A DNA stretch of 60,231 bases, filler included. It is 2 parts of 2 records of this genome, joined end to end, with 100 filler letters (N's around TTAATTAATTAA, not from the genome) between each part and the next. Parts side by side here need not be neighbours in the genome. Positions count along the whole stretch, not along the records: positions 1 to 29,949 come from SRR2962707_3635; 1 more part is not named here. One strand, 5' to 3'. The notes under the pieces were generated by a model, which was given only the letters and a program-made list of their open reading frames with translations, had not been told where the DNA came from and searched no databases. Shown in pieces: positions 8,810 to 18,913 of the stretch. Positions within the stretch are counted from its first letter, which is position 1. Every line of letters starts with the position of its first letter. The translations under genes and the position numbers were made by a program.

Positions 8810-9571
8810 TTAGCTCAAAAACTCCATTACCATTTCCCCCAATTCATTTGGTTTCTCGGCATGCACCCAATGGCCTGCATCTTTCACTGATGCAATCAAT
8901 GCTTTTGGAAAATGCTCACGAATCAGGTCATGGTCCTCATCCGTGATGTAATCTGATTTGCTTCCCGCAATGAACAACGTGGTGCCATCAAAACTCACAT
9001 CACCTTCAAGCCCTTCTCCCACGTTTTCTACTGCCCGTTCAATGGCGTCCACATTCAGCTTCCAGCCAAAGCTTCCATCCTTTTTTCTATCCAGGTTTTT
9101 CAGGATAAACTGACGAACACCAAAGTTGGATATCACCTTGGCCATTTGTTCATCCGCATCTTTCCTGTTTTCCAGATTTTCCAGGTCTACTGAGTGAAAC
9201 CCTTCAAATATCTGCTGGTGGTGAGGAGGGTAATATTTTGGTGCGATATCCACCACAATTAATTTATCCACCTTATCCGGATGTTGGGTAGCCAGGTGCA
9301 TGGCCACTTTCCCCCCCATGGAGTGCCCAAGAATGTGGGCTTTGGTTAGGCCTTCATCATCCATCAACTCTACTACATCTTTCACCATTACATCATAGTC
9401 AAACTCATCACTATGTGGTGAGTTACCATGATTTCTAAGGTCCACCAGATATACTTTAAACTTTTCAGCGAAAACCTTCCCGAGTGTTTGCCAGTTGTCA
9501 GACGAGCCAAACACCCCATGCATGATGATGAGGGGTTCGCCTGTTCCTAATGTTCTAAAATTTAGTTTCAT
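8810..9571 (-). CDS. Alpha/beta hydrolase, YbfF-like esterase
   Basis: HGVFGSSDNW, DLRNHG, GHSMGG nucleophile, AGHWVHAE. Confidence 0.9.
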   Translation of the reverse strand: MKLNFRTLGTGEPLIIMHGVFGSSDNWQTLGKVFAEKFKVYLVDLRNHGNSPHSDEFDYDVMVKDVVELMDDEGLTKAHILGHSMGGKVAMHLATQHPDKVDKLIVVDIAPKYYPPHHQQIFEGFHSVDLENLENRKDADEQMAKVISNFGVRQFILKNLDRKKDGSFGWKLNVDAIERAVENVGEGLEGDVSFDGTTLFIAGSKSDYITDEDHDLIREHFPKALIASVKDAGHWVHAEKPNELGEMVMEFLS

Positions 9572-9683
9572 TGAATTGAAATCGATCGATAGGCTTAATA
9601 AATGACAAAAACGGGCATTTTGTTCATTTACCTACCCACAAAATGGTTTTGACTCAAAGTTACATATTACCTTCACGAGCTTT

Positions 9684-11042
9684 ATGAACTCGATCAGCAC
9701 ATTTCTGGCAGATGCGGTGAACTTTATTTGGGGACTGCCATTGCTTATTCTTTTGCTTGGCGGAGGTTTTTTTCTGCTTGTTTATTCACGATTCCTTCCC
9801 TTTCGATACCTCAGACATGCCATTAATATTTTAAGAGGAAAATATGATGATCCCAACGACCCGGGAGAGATCAGCCATTTCCAGGCGCTGAGTGGAGCTC
9901 TTGCTGCCACCATCGGCATGGGAAATATCAGCGGTGTTGCATTAGCTATTGCGGCGGGAGGCCCTGGTGCCATGTTTTGGATGTGGATGAGTGCGTTTGT
10001 TGGAATGGCCACCAAATTCTTTACCTGTACACTAGCAGTGCAGTTCAGAGGCAAGGATTCCGAAGGGGAGCTGCAGGGAGGTCCAATGTACGTTATCAGG
10101 GAAGCACTAGGTAAAAAATGGATGCCATTAGCCGGGTTCTTTTGTGTAGCAGGTTTCTTTGGAGCGACACCCGTCTTTCAGACGAATCAAATGGTGGCGG
10201 TATTTAAAAATGTAGTGCTGGTACCTATTGGGGTGGAAAGTTCCTTTATCGTTAACCTATCCATAGGAATTGTGATTGCCACTCTTGTGGCCATAGTGAT
10301 TCTTGGGGGAATCAAACGGATTGGAAACGTTGCTTCCAAGCTGGTTCCTTTTATGGTTGTCCTATTTGTGATCAGCGTGCTGGCTATTATGATCACCAAT
10401 CCGGCGGAAATCATCCCATCTTTTCTTTTCATCATCGAGGATGCATTTACAGCCAAGGCAGTATTAGGGGGAGCAGTAGGAGCAGTTATAGTGGAAGGGG
10501 CAAAACGTGCAGCATTTTCAAATGAAGCAGGTATTGGAATGGCACCACTCATGCATGGAGCAGCTAAAACGAAAGAACCGGTACGTGAAGGATTGGTAGC
10601 TATGTTAGGGCCTACCATTGATACTATCATCATCTGTACTATGACCGGAGTTTGTATCATAATCACTGGCGTCTGGAATAGTGGCGAAGCTGATGGTATT
10701 GTAATGACGGCCAGTGCCTTTGAGAAAGGGTTACCTGGCTTTGGTCCCGTTGTATTAATGGTCTGTGTAATGGTATTTGCCATAACGACCATTTTTGGCC
10801 TGGCTTATTACGGTCAAAAGTGTCTTTCATTTTTGATCGGGGCGAAATATGGCAGGTATTTTTACTACTGGTACATTGCGCTGGTGCTGGTTGGATCGGT
10901 TGCATCCTTAGCAGATGTGGTCAACCTGGTTTTTGTAGCCTACGGGTTAATGGCGTTTCCAACCATGATTTCAACCGTAATACTCGCTCCTAAAGTGATG
11001 GAAGCAACGAAGAAGTATTTTAGTGAAGTATATAAATCGTAA
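9684..11042 (+). CDS. Sodium:alanine/glycine symporter (AGCS family)
   Basis: 'ATIGMGNISGVA', 'GGPGAMFWMW', 'GGPMY', 'FSNEAGIG'. Confidence 0.93.
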   Translation: MNSISTFLADAVNFIWGLPLLILLLGGGFFLLVYSRFLPFRYLRHAINILRGKYDDPNDPGEISHFQALSGALAATIGMGNISGVALAIAAGGPGAMFWMWMSAFVGMATKFFTCTLAVQFRGKDSEGELQGGPMYVIREALGKKWMPLAGFFCVAGFFGATPVFQTNQMVAVFKNVVLVPIGVESSFIVNLSIGIVIATLVAIVILGGIKRIGNVASKLVPFMVVLFVISVLAIMITNPAEIIPSFLFIIEDAFTAKAVLGGAVGAVIVEGAKRAAFSNEAGIGMAPLMHGAAKTKEPVREGLVAMLGPTIDTIIICTMTGVCIIITGVWNSGEADGIVMTASAFEKGLPGFGPVVLMVCVMVFAITTIFGLAYYGQKCLSFLIGAKYGRYFYYWYIALVLVGSVASLADVVNLVFVAYGLMAFPTMISTVILAPKVMEATKKYFSEVYKS

Positions 11043-11071
11043 TCATTTGGAATGCTGGCACTTAGATGTCA

Positions 11072-11079
11072 TATCTTTG
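11072..11079 (+). promoter_or_regulatory. Bacteroidota -7 promoter element (TATCTTTG) for trkA-trkH
   Basis: TAnnTTTG 23 nt before the ATG; TTTG at 11046-11049. Confidence 0.55.
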
Positions 11080-11102
11080 CGCCCAATATCATTTAAGATA
11101 GG

Positions 11103-12443
11103 ATGAGAATTGTAATAGCTGGAGCCGGTGAGATGGGTTTTCATCTTGCAAAGCTTTTAACCGCTGAAGAGCAGGATATTGTAATCATAGATTCCAATCC
11201 GAATGTGTTGGAATATGTGGGTCAACATCTGGATGTGAGTACGGTGCGCGGAAGCTCTACCTCCCCTCGAATATTGAAGGAAGCCAACATTGGAAAGGCG
11301 GATCTTCTGATAGCCGTAACATCCATTCAGGAAACAAACATCACCACGTGTATTCTTGGTAAAAGCCTGGGAGCAAAAAAGACCATCGCCAGGATTTCGA
11401 ATGTGGAACTTCTCCACCTACGAGACGAATTGAACCTGAGCAATGTCGGAATAGATGAGATTATTTCTCCTGCGTCACTGGCTGCTCGAGAGATCAAGAG
11501 GCTGTTAAAGCAATCAGCACTTACCGACACATTCGAATTTGAGAAAGGCATGCTTTCTCTCGTAGGAATCACAGTGGATGAGGGCTCTCAACTATTCGGA
11601 AAAACATTGACAGAAACAGCCTACCTCAATCCTGATCACAATTTCACCACGGTTGCCATCCTTCGGGACAATAAAACGATTATTCCATATGGTGAGAATA
11701 AGTTTCAAAAAGATGATCACGCTTATTTCATTGCTCAGCCGGACGGTATTGAGCGTGTAACTGCACTGGCAGGAAAGGAAAGCTTTGAAATCAAGAACGT
11801 GATGATTCTGGGAGCCAGTAAGGTGGGAATACATACAGCTAAGCTGCTTAGCAAAAAGTACAACATCAAATTAGTAGAAGCTGACAAGGAAAAATGTCTG
11901 CATCTGGTTGATGAGCTACCGGATACCATGATCATAAATGGTGATGGCAGGGACATCAACTTGCTTAGGGAGGAAAGTATTGATCGGATGGATGCCTTTG
12001 TGGCATTGACCGAAAATTCGGAGACGAATATTATGGCTTCATTGGTGGCCAAAAATCAAGGAGTGAGGAAAACCATTGCTTTGGTAGAAAATGTGGATTA
12101 TATCCACCTATCTCAAAGTATTGGCATTGATACGTTGATCAATAAGAAATTAATCGCAGCAAGTTTTATTTTCAGATATATTCGAAAAGGCGAAGTACTA
12201 AATATCGCGGGTATTCACGGTGTGGATGCAGAAATTCTGGAGTTTGAGTTAGGAGAGAAATCACGTATTGTTGAGCAGCCATTGAAAGATCTGGATTTCC
12301 CGAAAACGGCAATCGTGGGAGGAGTCATAAGAGATGGACGGGGAATTGCAGTAAGAGGAAATTTTGAATTCAAACCAAAGGATCGCGTAGTAGTTCTTTC
12401 AAAACCGGAATGTATTAGAAAAGTGGAGAGCTTCTTCAAATAG
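11103..12443 (+). CDS. trkA: Trk potassium uptake NAD-binding subunit
   Basis: Two RCK/Rossmann units (IAGAGEMG; ILGASKVG), 446 aa, adjacent to trkH. Confidence 0.95.
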   Translation: MRIVIAGAGEMGFHLAKLLTAEEQDIVIIDSNPNVLEYVGQHLDVSTVRGSSTSPRILKEANIGKADLLIAVTSIQETNITTCILGKSLGAKKTIARISNVELLHLRDELNLSNVGIDEIISPASLAAREIKRLLKQSALTDTFEFEKGMLSLVGITVDEGSQLFGKTLTETAYLNPDHNFTTVAILRDNKTIIPYGENKFQKDDHAYFIAQPDGIERVTALAGKESFEIKNVMILGASKVGIHTAKLLSKKYNIKLVEADKEKCLHLVDELPDTMIINGDGRDINLLREESIDRMDAFVALTENSETNIMASLVAKNQGVRKTIALVENVDYIHLSQSIGIDTLINKKLIAASFIFRYIRKGEVLNIAGIHGVDAEILEFELGEKSRIVEQPLKDLDFPKTAIVGGVIRDGRGIAVRGNFEFKPKDRVVVLSKPECIRKVESFFK

Positions 12444-12446
12444 TTC

Positions 12447-13910
12447 ATGTATTTTAACTACAACTTTAAGGTCATATTTAAAGTTATTGGGATCCTCCTG
12501 TTAATTAACGGGGGCTTCATGCTCACCTGCCTGCCCTTTAGCTTTTACTATAATGAAGGCGACCACCTGGCACTCATTAGTTCTTCGCTCATCACCTTAG
12601 GTATCGGAGCGCTTTTGATGCTCCTAACCCGAAATCTCCAAACCAATGAAATGCGTAAGAAGGACGGTTATCTCATTGTGACAATGGGATGGCTTTCTAT
12701 GTCGTTTTTTGGGTCACTACCTTACATAATCAGCGGCTCGATACCGGACCTTACGAATGCCTTTTTTGAAACACTATCTGGTTTTTCTACAACCGGAGCT
12801 ACGGTGCTTACTGATATTGAATCGGTTCACAAAGGGATATTATTTTGGAGAAGCCTGACACAATGGATTGGTGGTATGGGGATCATCGTATTAACGGTGG
12901 CCATTCTTCCACTCTTAGGGATCGGGGGAATGCAGCTCTTCGTGGCAGAAGCGCCCGGAATCTCTCCTGACAAGTTGCAGCCCAGAATCAAAGAAACAGC
13001 CAAGAGACTATGGATCATCTATTGTGGGTTAACAGTAACCGAGCTGATACTCTTATGGGTTGGGGGCATGAGCTTCTATGATGCGATCAATCACAGTCTT
13101 ACTACTATGGCTACCGGAGGGTTTTCAACCAAAAATGCCAGTATCGCTTACTTTCAGGATCCGTTCATTCAGTATGTCATCATCTTCTTTATGTTCATGG
13201 CTGGCACCAACTTTACCATGACCTATTTTGCCTTACACGGCAACTTCAGAAAGGTGCTGAGAAACGAAGAATTTAGGTTTTACCTGTTCTTTTGTATTGC
13301 TGCGTCGCTGATTGTTGGACTCATTATTTTCAACCTTGGTCATGACACTTTTGAAAAATCCATTCGGGATGCATTGTTTCAAATCATCTCGGTGGTAACA
13401 ACGACCGGATACGTGACGCATGACTATACAGCATGGACCTCTTTCCTCACCGTCTTATTCTTCTTGTTGATGTTTGCCGGAGGTTCAGCGGGTTCCACAG
13501 CAGGGGGAGTCAAATTGGTGCGACATATTTTGCTCATTAAAAACAGTTTGCTTGAGCTCAAACGGATTTTGCATCCATCAGCAATCATCCCGGTTCGCTT
13601 CAATGGAAAATCGGTGAGCAGGGACATCACTTTCAATGTGCTTGCATTCATCATGATTTATATACTGATTGTTTGCTTTGGTGCGATTGCTGTTTCTTCT
13701 TTCGGCATTGATTTCAACACTTCGCTCGGTGCAGTGGCTACCACTTTAGGTAATATTGGGCCGGGAATCGGAGATGTAGGGCCTGTGGATAATTTTGCTC
13801 ATCTGCCAACGGGGGTGAAATGGATTCTTTCGTTCATGATGCTTCTTGGACGTCTGGAGCTTTTTACCGTCCTTATCCTCTTCACACCATTTTTCTGGAG
13901 AAAAGTTTAA
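12447..13910 (+). CDS. trkH: Trk potassium uptake membrane subunit
   Basis: SGFSTTGAT, TGGFS, TTTGY, GSTAGGVK and LGRLE motifs. Confidence 0.95.
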   Translation: MYFNYNFKVIFKVIGILLLINGGFMLTCLPFSFYYNEGDHLALISSSLITLGIGALLMLLTRNLQTNEMRKKDGYLIVTMGWLSMSFFGSLPYIISGSIPDLTNAFFETLSGFSTTGATVLTDIESVHKGILFWRSLTQWIGGMGIIVLTVAILPLLGIGGMQLFVAEAPGISPDKLQPRIKETAKRLWIIYCGLTVTELILLWVGGMSFYDAINHSLTTMATGGFSTKNASIAYFQDPFIQYVIIFFMFMAGTNFTMTYFALHGNFRKVLRNEEFRFYLFFCIAASLIVGLIIFNLGHDTFEKSIRDALFQIISVVTTTGYVTHDYTAWTSFLTVLFFLLMFAGGSAGSTAGGVKLVRHILLIKNSLLELKRILHPSAIIPVRFNGKSVSRDITFNVLAFIMIYILIVCFGAIAVSSFGIDFNTSLGAVATTLGNIGPGIGDVGPVDNFAHLPTGVKWILSFMMLLGRLELFTVLILFTPFFWRKV

Positions 13911-13963
13911 GGCCTTTCAACAGATTGCGTCATCTTTGAGCGATTTCATCAAAAAATGAATAC

Positions 13964-15058
13964 ATGAATATTCTCGGCTACATTATCTGGACTTTCGATC
14001 CGGCCATCTTTACCGTTCCATTCACAGACTATGCTCCCCGGTGGTATGGAGTGTTGTTTGCAGTAGGATTTCTACTATCTCAGCAGGTTTTCTTTCGAAT
14101 TTTCAAAGCAGAAGGTAGACCGGAGAAAGATGTGGAGCGCATTACCGGTTACATGGTTTTGGCCACAATCATAGGTGCAAGGTTAGGTCATTGCCTGTTT
14201 TATAATCCGGAATATTATCTCTCCAACCCCATCAAGATACTGATGGTATGGGAAGGAGGCCTGGCCAGTCATGGAGGTGCCCTGGGGATTTTGGTAGCTA
14301 TCTATTTATTCTGCAGAAAATACAACTATCGATATCTGTGGGTTCTCGACAGGCTTGTGATAGTGGTGGCATTGACCGGAGCGATGATTCGAACGGGGAA
14401 TTTGTTCAATTCTGAGATGGAAGGCACCCTTACCAATTCTAATACGGGAATTGTCTATGCGCGTGCTACATATGATGTGCTCAACTACTCAGAAGATATA
14501 GACGATGTATGGTTTGAAAAAGGAGGAGAGATGCAGAGTGATGAGGATGGGTTTGTCCCTATTACCGCTTATATCGAATATCGACGCGGGTATAAGTTCG
14601 AAATGAAGGATAAGATGTTTGTTGAAAATCAGTTAAAAAGCACACTAGGCAGATATGGAGAAGTGACAGAACATGTGGATTTTGGCGATGGCCCTTTAGC
14701 TTATAAAAATTATCAAAAGGATGGTAAGGAGATCGTTGAAATAGCAGCCATTGGAAAAGTGAGACATGCGGCTCAATTGTATGAAGCCATCTATTGTGTA
14801 GTGCTGATGATTGCGCTTTACTGGCTGTGGTATAAAAGGAGAGATGTACTGCCAGAAGGATTCAACTTTGCCTTATTCATGATCGTGCTTTGGTCGCTTC
14901 GATTTGTGGATGAGTATTTTAAAATGAATCAGGAGGCTTTTGAGGAAGGGATGGTGCTTAACATGGGTCAGATATTGAGTATTCCGCTAACCATTGCAGG
15001 TGTAATTCTGATGATCTGGATCTTTACCAGAGATCGGAAGATGTCGGATTTCAAGTAA
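13964..15058 (+). CDS. lgt: Prolipoprotein diacylglyceryl transferase with enlarged head domain
   Basis: RWYG, GARLGHC, EGGLASHGG, RTGNLFNSE, RHAAQLYEA, GQILS. Confidence 0.92.
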   Translation: MNILGYIIWTFDPAIFTVPFTDYAPRWYGVLFAVGFLLSQQVFFRIFKAEGRPEKDVERITGYMVLATIIGARLGHCLFYNPEYYLSNPIKILMVWEGGLASHGGALGILVAIYLFCRKYNYRYLWVLDRLVIVVALTGAMIRTGNLFNSEMEGTLTNSNTGIVYARATYDVLNYSEDIDDVWFEKGGEMQSDEDGFVPITAYIEYRRGYKFEMKDKMFVENQLKSTLGRYGEVTEHVDFGDGPLAYKNYQKDGKEIVEIAAIGKVRHAAQLYEAIYCVVLMIALYWLWYKRRDVLPEGFNFALFMIVLWSLRFVDEYFKMNQEAFEEGMVLNMGQILSIPLTIAGVILMIWIFTRDRKMSDFK

Positions 15059-15063
15059 GACAT

Positions 15064-15097
15064 AAAAAAAGGGAGCAATTAGCTCCCTTCGTTTTTT
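15064..15097. terminator. Bidirectional intrinsic terminator
   Basis: A-tract, AAGGGAGC/GCTCCCTT hairpin, T-tract between convergent genes. Confidence 0.8.
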
Positions 15098-15112
15098 CTT
15101 GCCGGATGAATA

Positions 15113-15355
15113 TTATTCCATCTCGTCAGCTGCCTCCTCTGCTTCAGCAGCAAGAGAATCAACTTCTGCTCCCATTTCTTCAACAGCAGCATCAACTGAG
15201 TCTGCTACATTATCAGCAGCATCTTCCATTCCATCCATCGCTTCTTCGGCAGTTTCTTCAACTGCGTCTTCTGATTCAGAGTCTGAAGATGATGAAGATG
15301 ATGTGCATGCACCTAGGAATGCAACCATAGCTAATAGTAATAGTACTTTTTTCAT
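15113..15355 (-). CDS. Small acidic low-complexity lipoprotein
   Basis: MKK + hydrophobic stretch + LGAC lipobox, Ser linker, Ala/Glu/Asp-rich mature part. Confidence 0.75.
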   Translation of the reverse strand: MKKVLLLLAMVAFLGACTSSSSSSDSESEDAVEETAEEAMDGMEDAADNVADSVDAAVEEMGAEVDSLAAEAEEAADEME

Positions 15356-15486
15356 TTTTGGTCAGGTTTTAAATTCAACCCTTAAAATTAGGAGTATATC
15401 ACTCATAAACAAACGAAAAACGCTATTTCGTGAAAATAAACCGAAGAAAAGTTTATCATTTTGAGATCCATTTTTGATTTTTTCGG

Positions 15487-15580
15487 ACTGACTAGTTGTC
15501 TTATTTTCCCGTAAAAATCTTGCTTGCCACTGACATCTTGTCTTGAAATAGTGCAAAAATTTCTTTGGAATAGCATTTGA
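15487..15580 (+). promoter_or_regulatory. Repeated ACTGAC-N3-TTGTCTT sites and sigma54-like promoter upstream of clpB
   Basis: 16-mers at 15487-15502 and 15529-15544; TGGAATAGCATTTGA at 15566-15580 has -24/-12 spacing. Confidence 0.45.
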
Positions 15581-15612
15581 CATCTTCCGATCGTACAAGA
15601 ATCAGTAGAAAA

Positions 15613-18228
15613 ATGAATTTCAATAATTATACAATCAAAGCGCAGGAAGCCTTACAAAAAGCAACTGAAATTGCTTCCGGCGGAGGGCAACAAGTAATTG
15701 AGACCGGACATCTGCTTCGGGCCATATTGATGTCGGATGAGAACCTGATATCCTTTCTTTTAAAGAAACTGGGTGCTTCAAAGCAAATGATTGAGGCACC
15801 ACTTGATGAGTTGATGCAAGGTTATCCGAAGGTTTCAGGTGGACAACCGTACTTGTCAAACGATGCAGCAAAAGCACTTCAAAAGGCAGAGAAATATCTG
15901 AAAGATTTTGGTGATGAGTATGTGGCGGTAGAGCACATCATCTTGGGAATTTTGTCCGGGTCTGATAAACCGGCACAAATTTTAAAGGATGCAGGCTTTC
16001 AGGAAAAGCAGCTGATAGCAGCAATTAAAGAATTGCGAGGAGGAGAGAAAGTAACAGATCAAAATGCCGAGTCTAAGTATCGTTCACTCGAGCGATATTC
16101 CAAAAATTTGAATGAGCTGGCCAAAAAAGGAAAGATTGATCCGGTAATTGGTCGAGATGAAGAGATCAGAAGGGTGCTACAGATTTTGGCAAGGAGGACA
16201 AAAAACAACCCGATTCTGCTTGGTGAACCAGGTGTAGGAAAAACGGCTATTGTTGAAGGGATGGCTCAGCGAATTGTAGATGGGGATGTGCCGGAGAACC
16301 TGAAGTCAAAAACCATTATCTCTCTGGATATGGGCTTGCTGGTAGCAGGTGCCAAATACAAAGGAGAATTTGAAGAACGTCTAAAGGCAGTAATCAAAGA
16401 AGTGACTGACAGTGATGGAGAGATCATCCTTTTCATTGATGAGATCCATACGCTGATTGGAGCTGGTGGAGGAGGCGAAGGAGCCATGGATGCGGCTAAC
16501 TTATTGAAACCTGCGTTGGCACGAGGGGAGCTTCATGCCATTGGAGCGACCACTTTGCAAGAGTATCAGAAATACATCGAAAAGGATAAGGCACTTGAGA
16601 GACGATTCCAGGCCATTACGGTGGATGAGCCGAGTGTGTCCGACGCTATTTCCATCCTTCGTGGAATCAAGGATAAATACGAAGTACACCATGGTGTAAG
16701 GGTGAAAGATGATGCGGTGATAGCAGCGGTGGAACTCTCTCATCGATACATCGCAGACCGATTTCTTCCGGATAAGGCCATTGACCTGATGGATGAAGCA
16801 GCCTCCAAGCTGCGGATTGAGATTGACTCACTGCCAGAAGAACTGGATGAGCTAAACCGACGCATTATGCAGTTGGAGATTGAGCGGGAAGCGATTAGAA
16901 GGGAAAAGAACAAGGATAAAGAGAAGCAATTAAACAAGGATATTGCAGATCTTGAATCTGAACGAGGGGAGCTGAAAGCAAAGTGGGACAATGAGAAATC
17001 CGTTATTCAGGGATTGCGTGAGACGAAGGAGAATATAGAGAACTATAAGCTGGAAGCTGAGCGCGCGGAGCGTTCGGGTGAGTATGATAAGGTTGCAGAG
17101 ATACGCTATGGGAAAATTGTGGAGGCGGAAAAGAAGCTGGCCGATTATCAGGAACAGCTTCATGAGATGCAGGGAGAAAAGTCCTTATTGAAAGAGGAGG
17201 TAGACGCTGAAGATATTGCGGAGGTTGTGGCCAAGTGGACGGGAATTCCTGTTTCCAAAATGCTGCAAAGTGATCGTGAAAAACTGATCCATCTGGAAGA
17301 GGAACTTGGGAAAAGAGTGGCAGGTCAGTCAGAAGCGATACAAGCGGTATCTGATGCGGTAAGAAGAAGCAGGGCAGGATTGCATGATCCGAAACGGCCG
17401 ATTGGTTCCTTCATCTTTCTGGGGACCACCGGGGTTGGTAAGACAGAGTTGGCCAAGGCATTAGCTGAGTACCTGTTTAACGATGAGAACTCCATGGTTC
17501 GGATTGATATGTCTGAGTACCAGGAGCGTCATGCTGTAAGTCGATTAATAGGTGCGCCTCCGGGATATGTAGGGTATGATGAGGGAGGCCAATTGACAGA
17601 GGCTGTCAGAAGGAAGCCATACAGCGTGATCTTGCTTGATGAGATTGAAAAAGCTCACCCGGATGTTTTCAACATTCTGCTTCAGGTGTTAGATGATGGA
17701 CGGTTGACGGATAATAAAGGTCGTGTGGCGAACTTCAAGAATACGATCATTATTATGACGACCAATATTGGTTCCGGGTTGATCCAGGAAAACTTTGAGA
17801 AGCTGGATGACAAAAATCCTGAGCCGGTGATTGAGGAAACAAAGAATCAGGTCTTTGAACTATTGAAAAAGTCCGTGAGACCCGAATTCCTTAACCGCGT
17901 AGACGAAACGATTATGTTCCGACCACTGAGCAAAGATGACCTTCAGAAAATAGTTGGCATTCAGTTTAAGCTGATCCAGAAAAGGTTGAAGGAGAATGGT
18001 ATTAAGATTGAAGCTGACAATAAGGTGCTTGCTCATCTTGGAAAGATAGGTTTCGATCCACAGTTTGGAGCCAGGCCATTGAAACGAGTGTTGCAGCGAG
18101 AAATTTTGAATGAATTGTCAAAAGAGATTCTTGCCGGCAATATCGAGAAGGACTCAGTGATTGGAGTAACACTCAGTGATCAGGGTACGATTGAATTTCT
18201 GAACCTTGATAAAGTTGAAATAGAATAA
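15613..18228 (+). CDS. clpB: ATP-dependent chaperone ClpB
   Basis: Two AAA+ modules ([16 protein letters not shown]), [10 protein letters not shown], long coiled-coil M domain, GARPLKR. Confidence 0.98.
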   Translation: MNFNNYTIKAQEALQKATEIASGGGQQVIETGHLLRAILMSDENLISFLLKKLGASKQMIEAPLDELMQGYPKVSGGQPYLSNDAAKALQKAEKYLKDFGDEYVAVEHIILGILSGSDKPAQILKDAGFQEKQLIAAIKELRGGEKVTDQNAESKYRSLERYSKNLNELAKKGKIDPVIGRDEEIRRVLQILARRTKNNPILLGEPGVGKTAIVEGMAQRIVDGDVPENLKSKTIISLDMGLLVAGAKYKGEFEERLKAVIKEVTDSDGEIILFIDEIHTLIGAGGGGEGAMDAANLLKPALARGELHAIGATTLQEYQKYIEKDKALERRFQAITVDEPSVSDAISILRGIKDKYEVHHGVRVKDDAVIAAVELSHRYIADRFLPDKAIDLMDEAASKLRIEIDSLPEELDELNRRIMQLEIEREAIRREKNKDKEKQLNKDIADLESERGELKAKWDNEKSVIQGLRETKENIENYKLEAERAERSGEYDKVAEIRYGKIVEAEKKLADYQEQLHEMQGEKSLLKEEVDAEDIAEVVAKWTGIPVSKMLQSDREKLIHLEEELGKRVAGQSEAIQAVSDAVRRSRAGLHDPKRPIGSFIFLGTTGVGKTELAKALAEYLFNDENSMVRIDMSEYQERHAVSRLIGAPPGYVGYDEGGQLTEAVRRKPYSVILLDEIEKAHPDVFNILLQVLDDGRLTDNKGRVANFKNTIIIMTTNIGSGLIQENFEKLDDKNPEPVIEETKNQVFELLKKSVRPEFLNRVDETIMFRPLSKDDLQKIVGIQFKLIQKRLKENGIKIEADNKVLAHLGKIGFDPQFGARPLKRVLQREILNELSKEILAGNIEKDSVIGVTLSDQGTIEFLNLDKVEIE

Positions 18229-18277
18229 ATGCTGAAAGAAGAGACTTGTTAAATTATCAGTCTCACTTTTTAAGCAA

Positions 18278-18308
18278 GTCGTCCGACCACCTGGAGTGGT
18301 GGGACGAC
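18278..18308. repeat. 31-bp REP-like palindrome, copy 2
   Basis: GTCGTCCGACCACCTGGAGTGGTGGGACGAC between convergent genes. Confidence 0.85.
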
Positions 18309-18313
18309 TTTTT

Positions 18314-18838
18314 TTATTTAAAATAATTTGTACTGAGGAGGCGCATGCCATTCATTCGTAAATAAACAGCCGCCTGACCTCTATGATGTGATACATGTTC
18401 ATGTGCTTTCTGAATCCACGCCAAACGAGTGATTTTAAAAGGTCCCCTTTCCACCATTTCTCCAAAGGTGTTTTCATCCATGTTTTTGATGGACACTATC
18501 GCAAAATCAAAGCTTTCTGTGACCATCCGCTTCACCTCTTCCTTTGATTGAAGGTTCGGGTCTTTTTCCAGGTTCGCATTAGCATAGATTCTATCAGCCC
18601 CGGTACCATTACTCACCAGTCCTATGGTTCCCTGCGATGCATGTAGAAATTGTTCAGCATAGGTCCTGACCTCATCTGTTGGTTTGTAGCCAAACTTATC
18701 CGCTGGCATGGCATCTACATATTCCAAAGACAAGGCTTTGGCTCGTTCATAATCAGCCACCAGTGATTCTATGCTGGTTTGCGCAAAGCAAAAGCTCGCA
18801 GTAGTCAATAGAAGGGTTAGGCATACATTCTTTTTCAT
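18314..18838 (-). CDS. Secreted DinB family protein (probable 1-nt frameshift near the C-terminus)
   Basis: Signal peptide, 'YKPTDEVRTYAEQFLH', 'HEHVSHHRGQAAVYLR'. Confidence 0.85.
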   Translation of the reverse strand: MKKNVCLTLLLTTASFCFAQTSIESLVADYERAKALSLEYVDAMPADKFGYKPTDEVRTYAEQFLHASQGTIGLVSNGTGADRIYANANLEKDPNLQSKEEVKRMVTESFDFAIVSIKNMDENTFGEMVERGPFKITRLAWIQKAHEHVSHHRGQAAVYLRMNGMRLLSTNYFK

Positions 18839-18913
18839 GGGAGTCATGTTTGGTTTCCCAAATAACAGGAATGCATCCTAAATCCCTCACGTATTTATTT
18901 TAAGCAGTAAACT

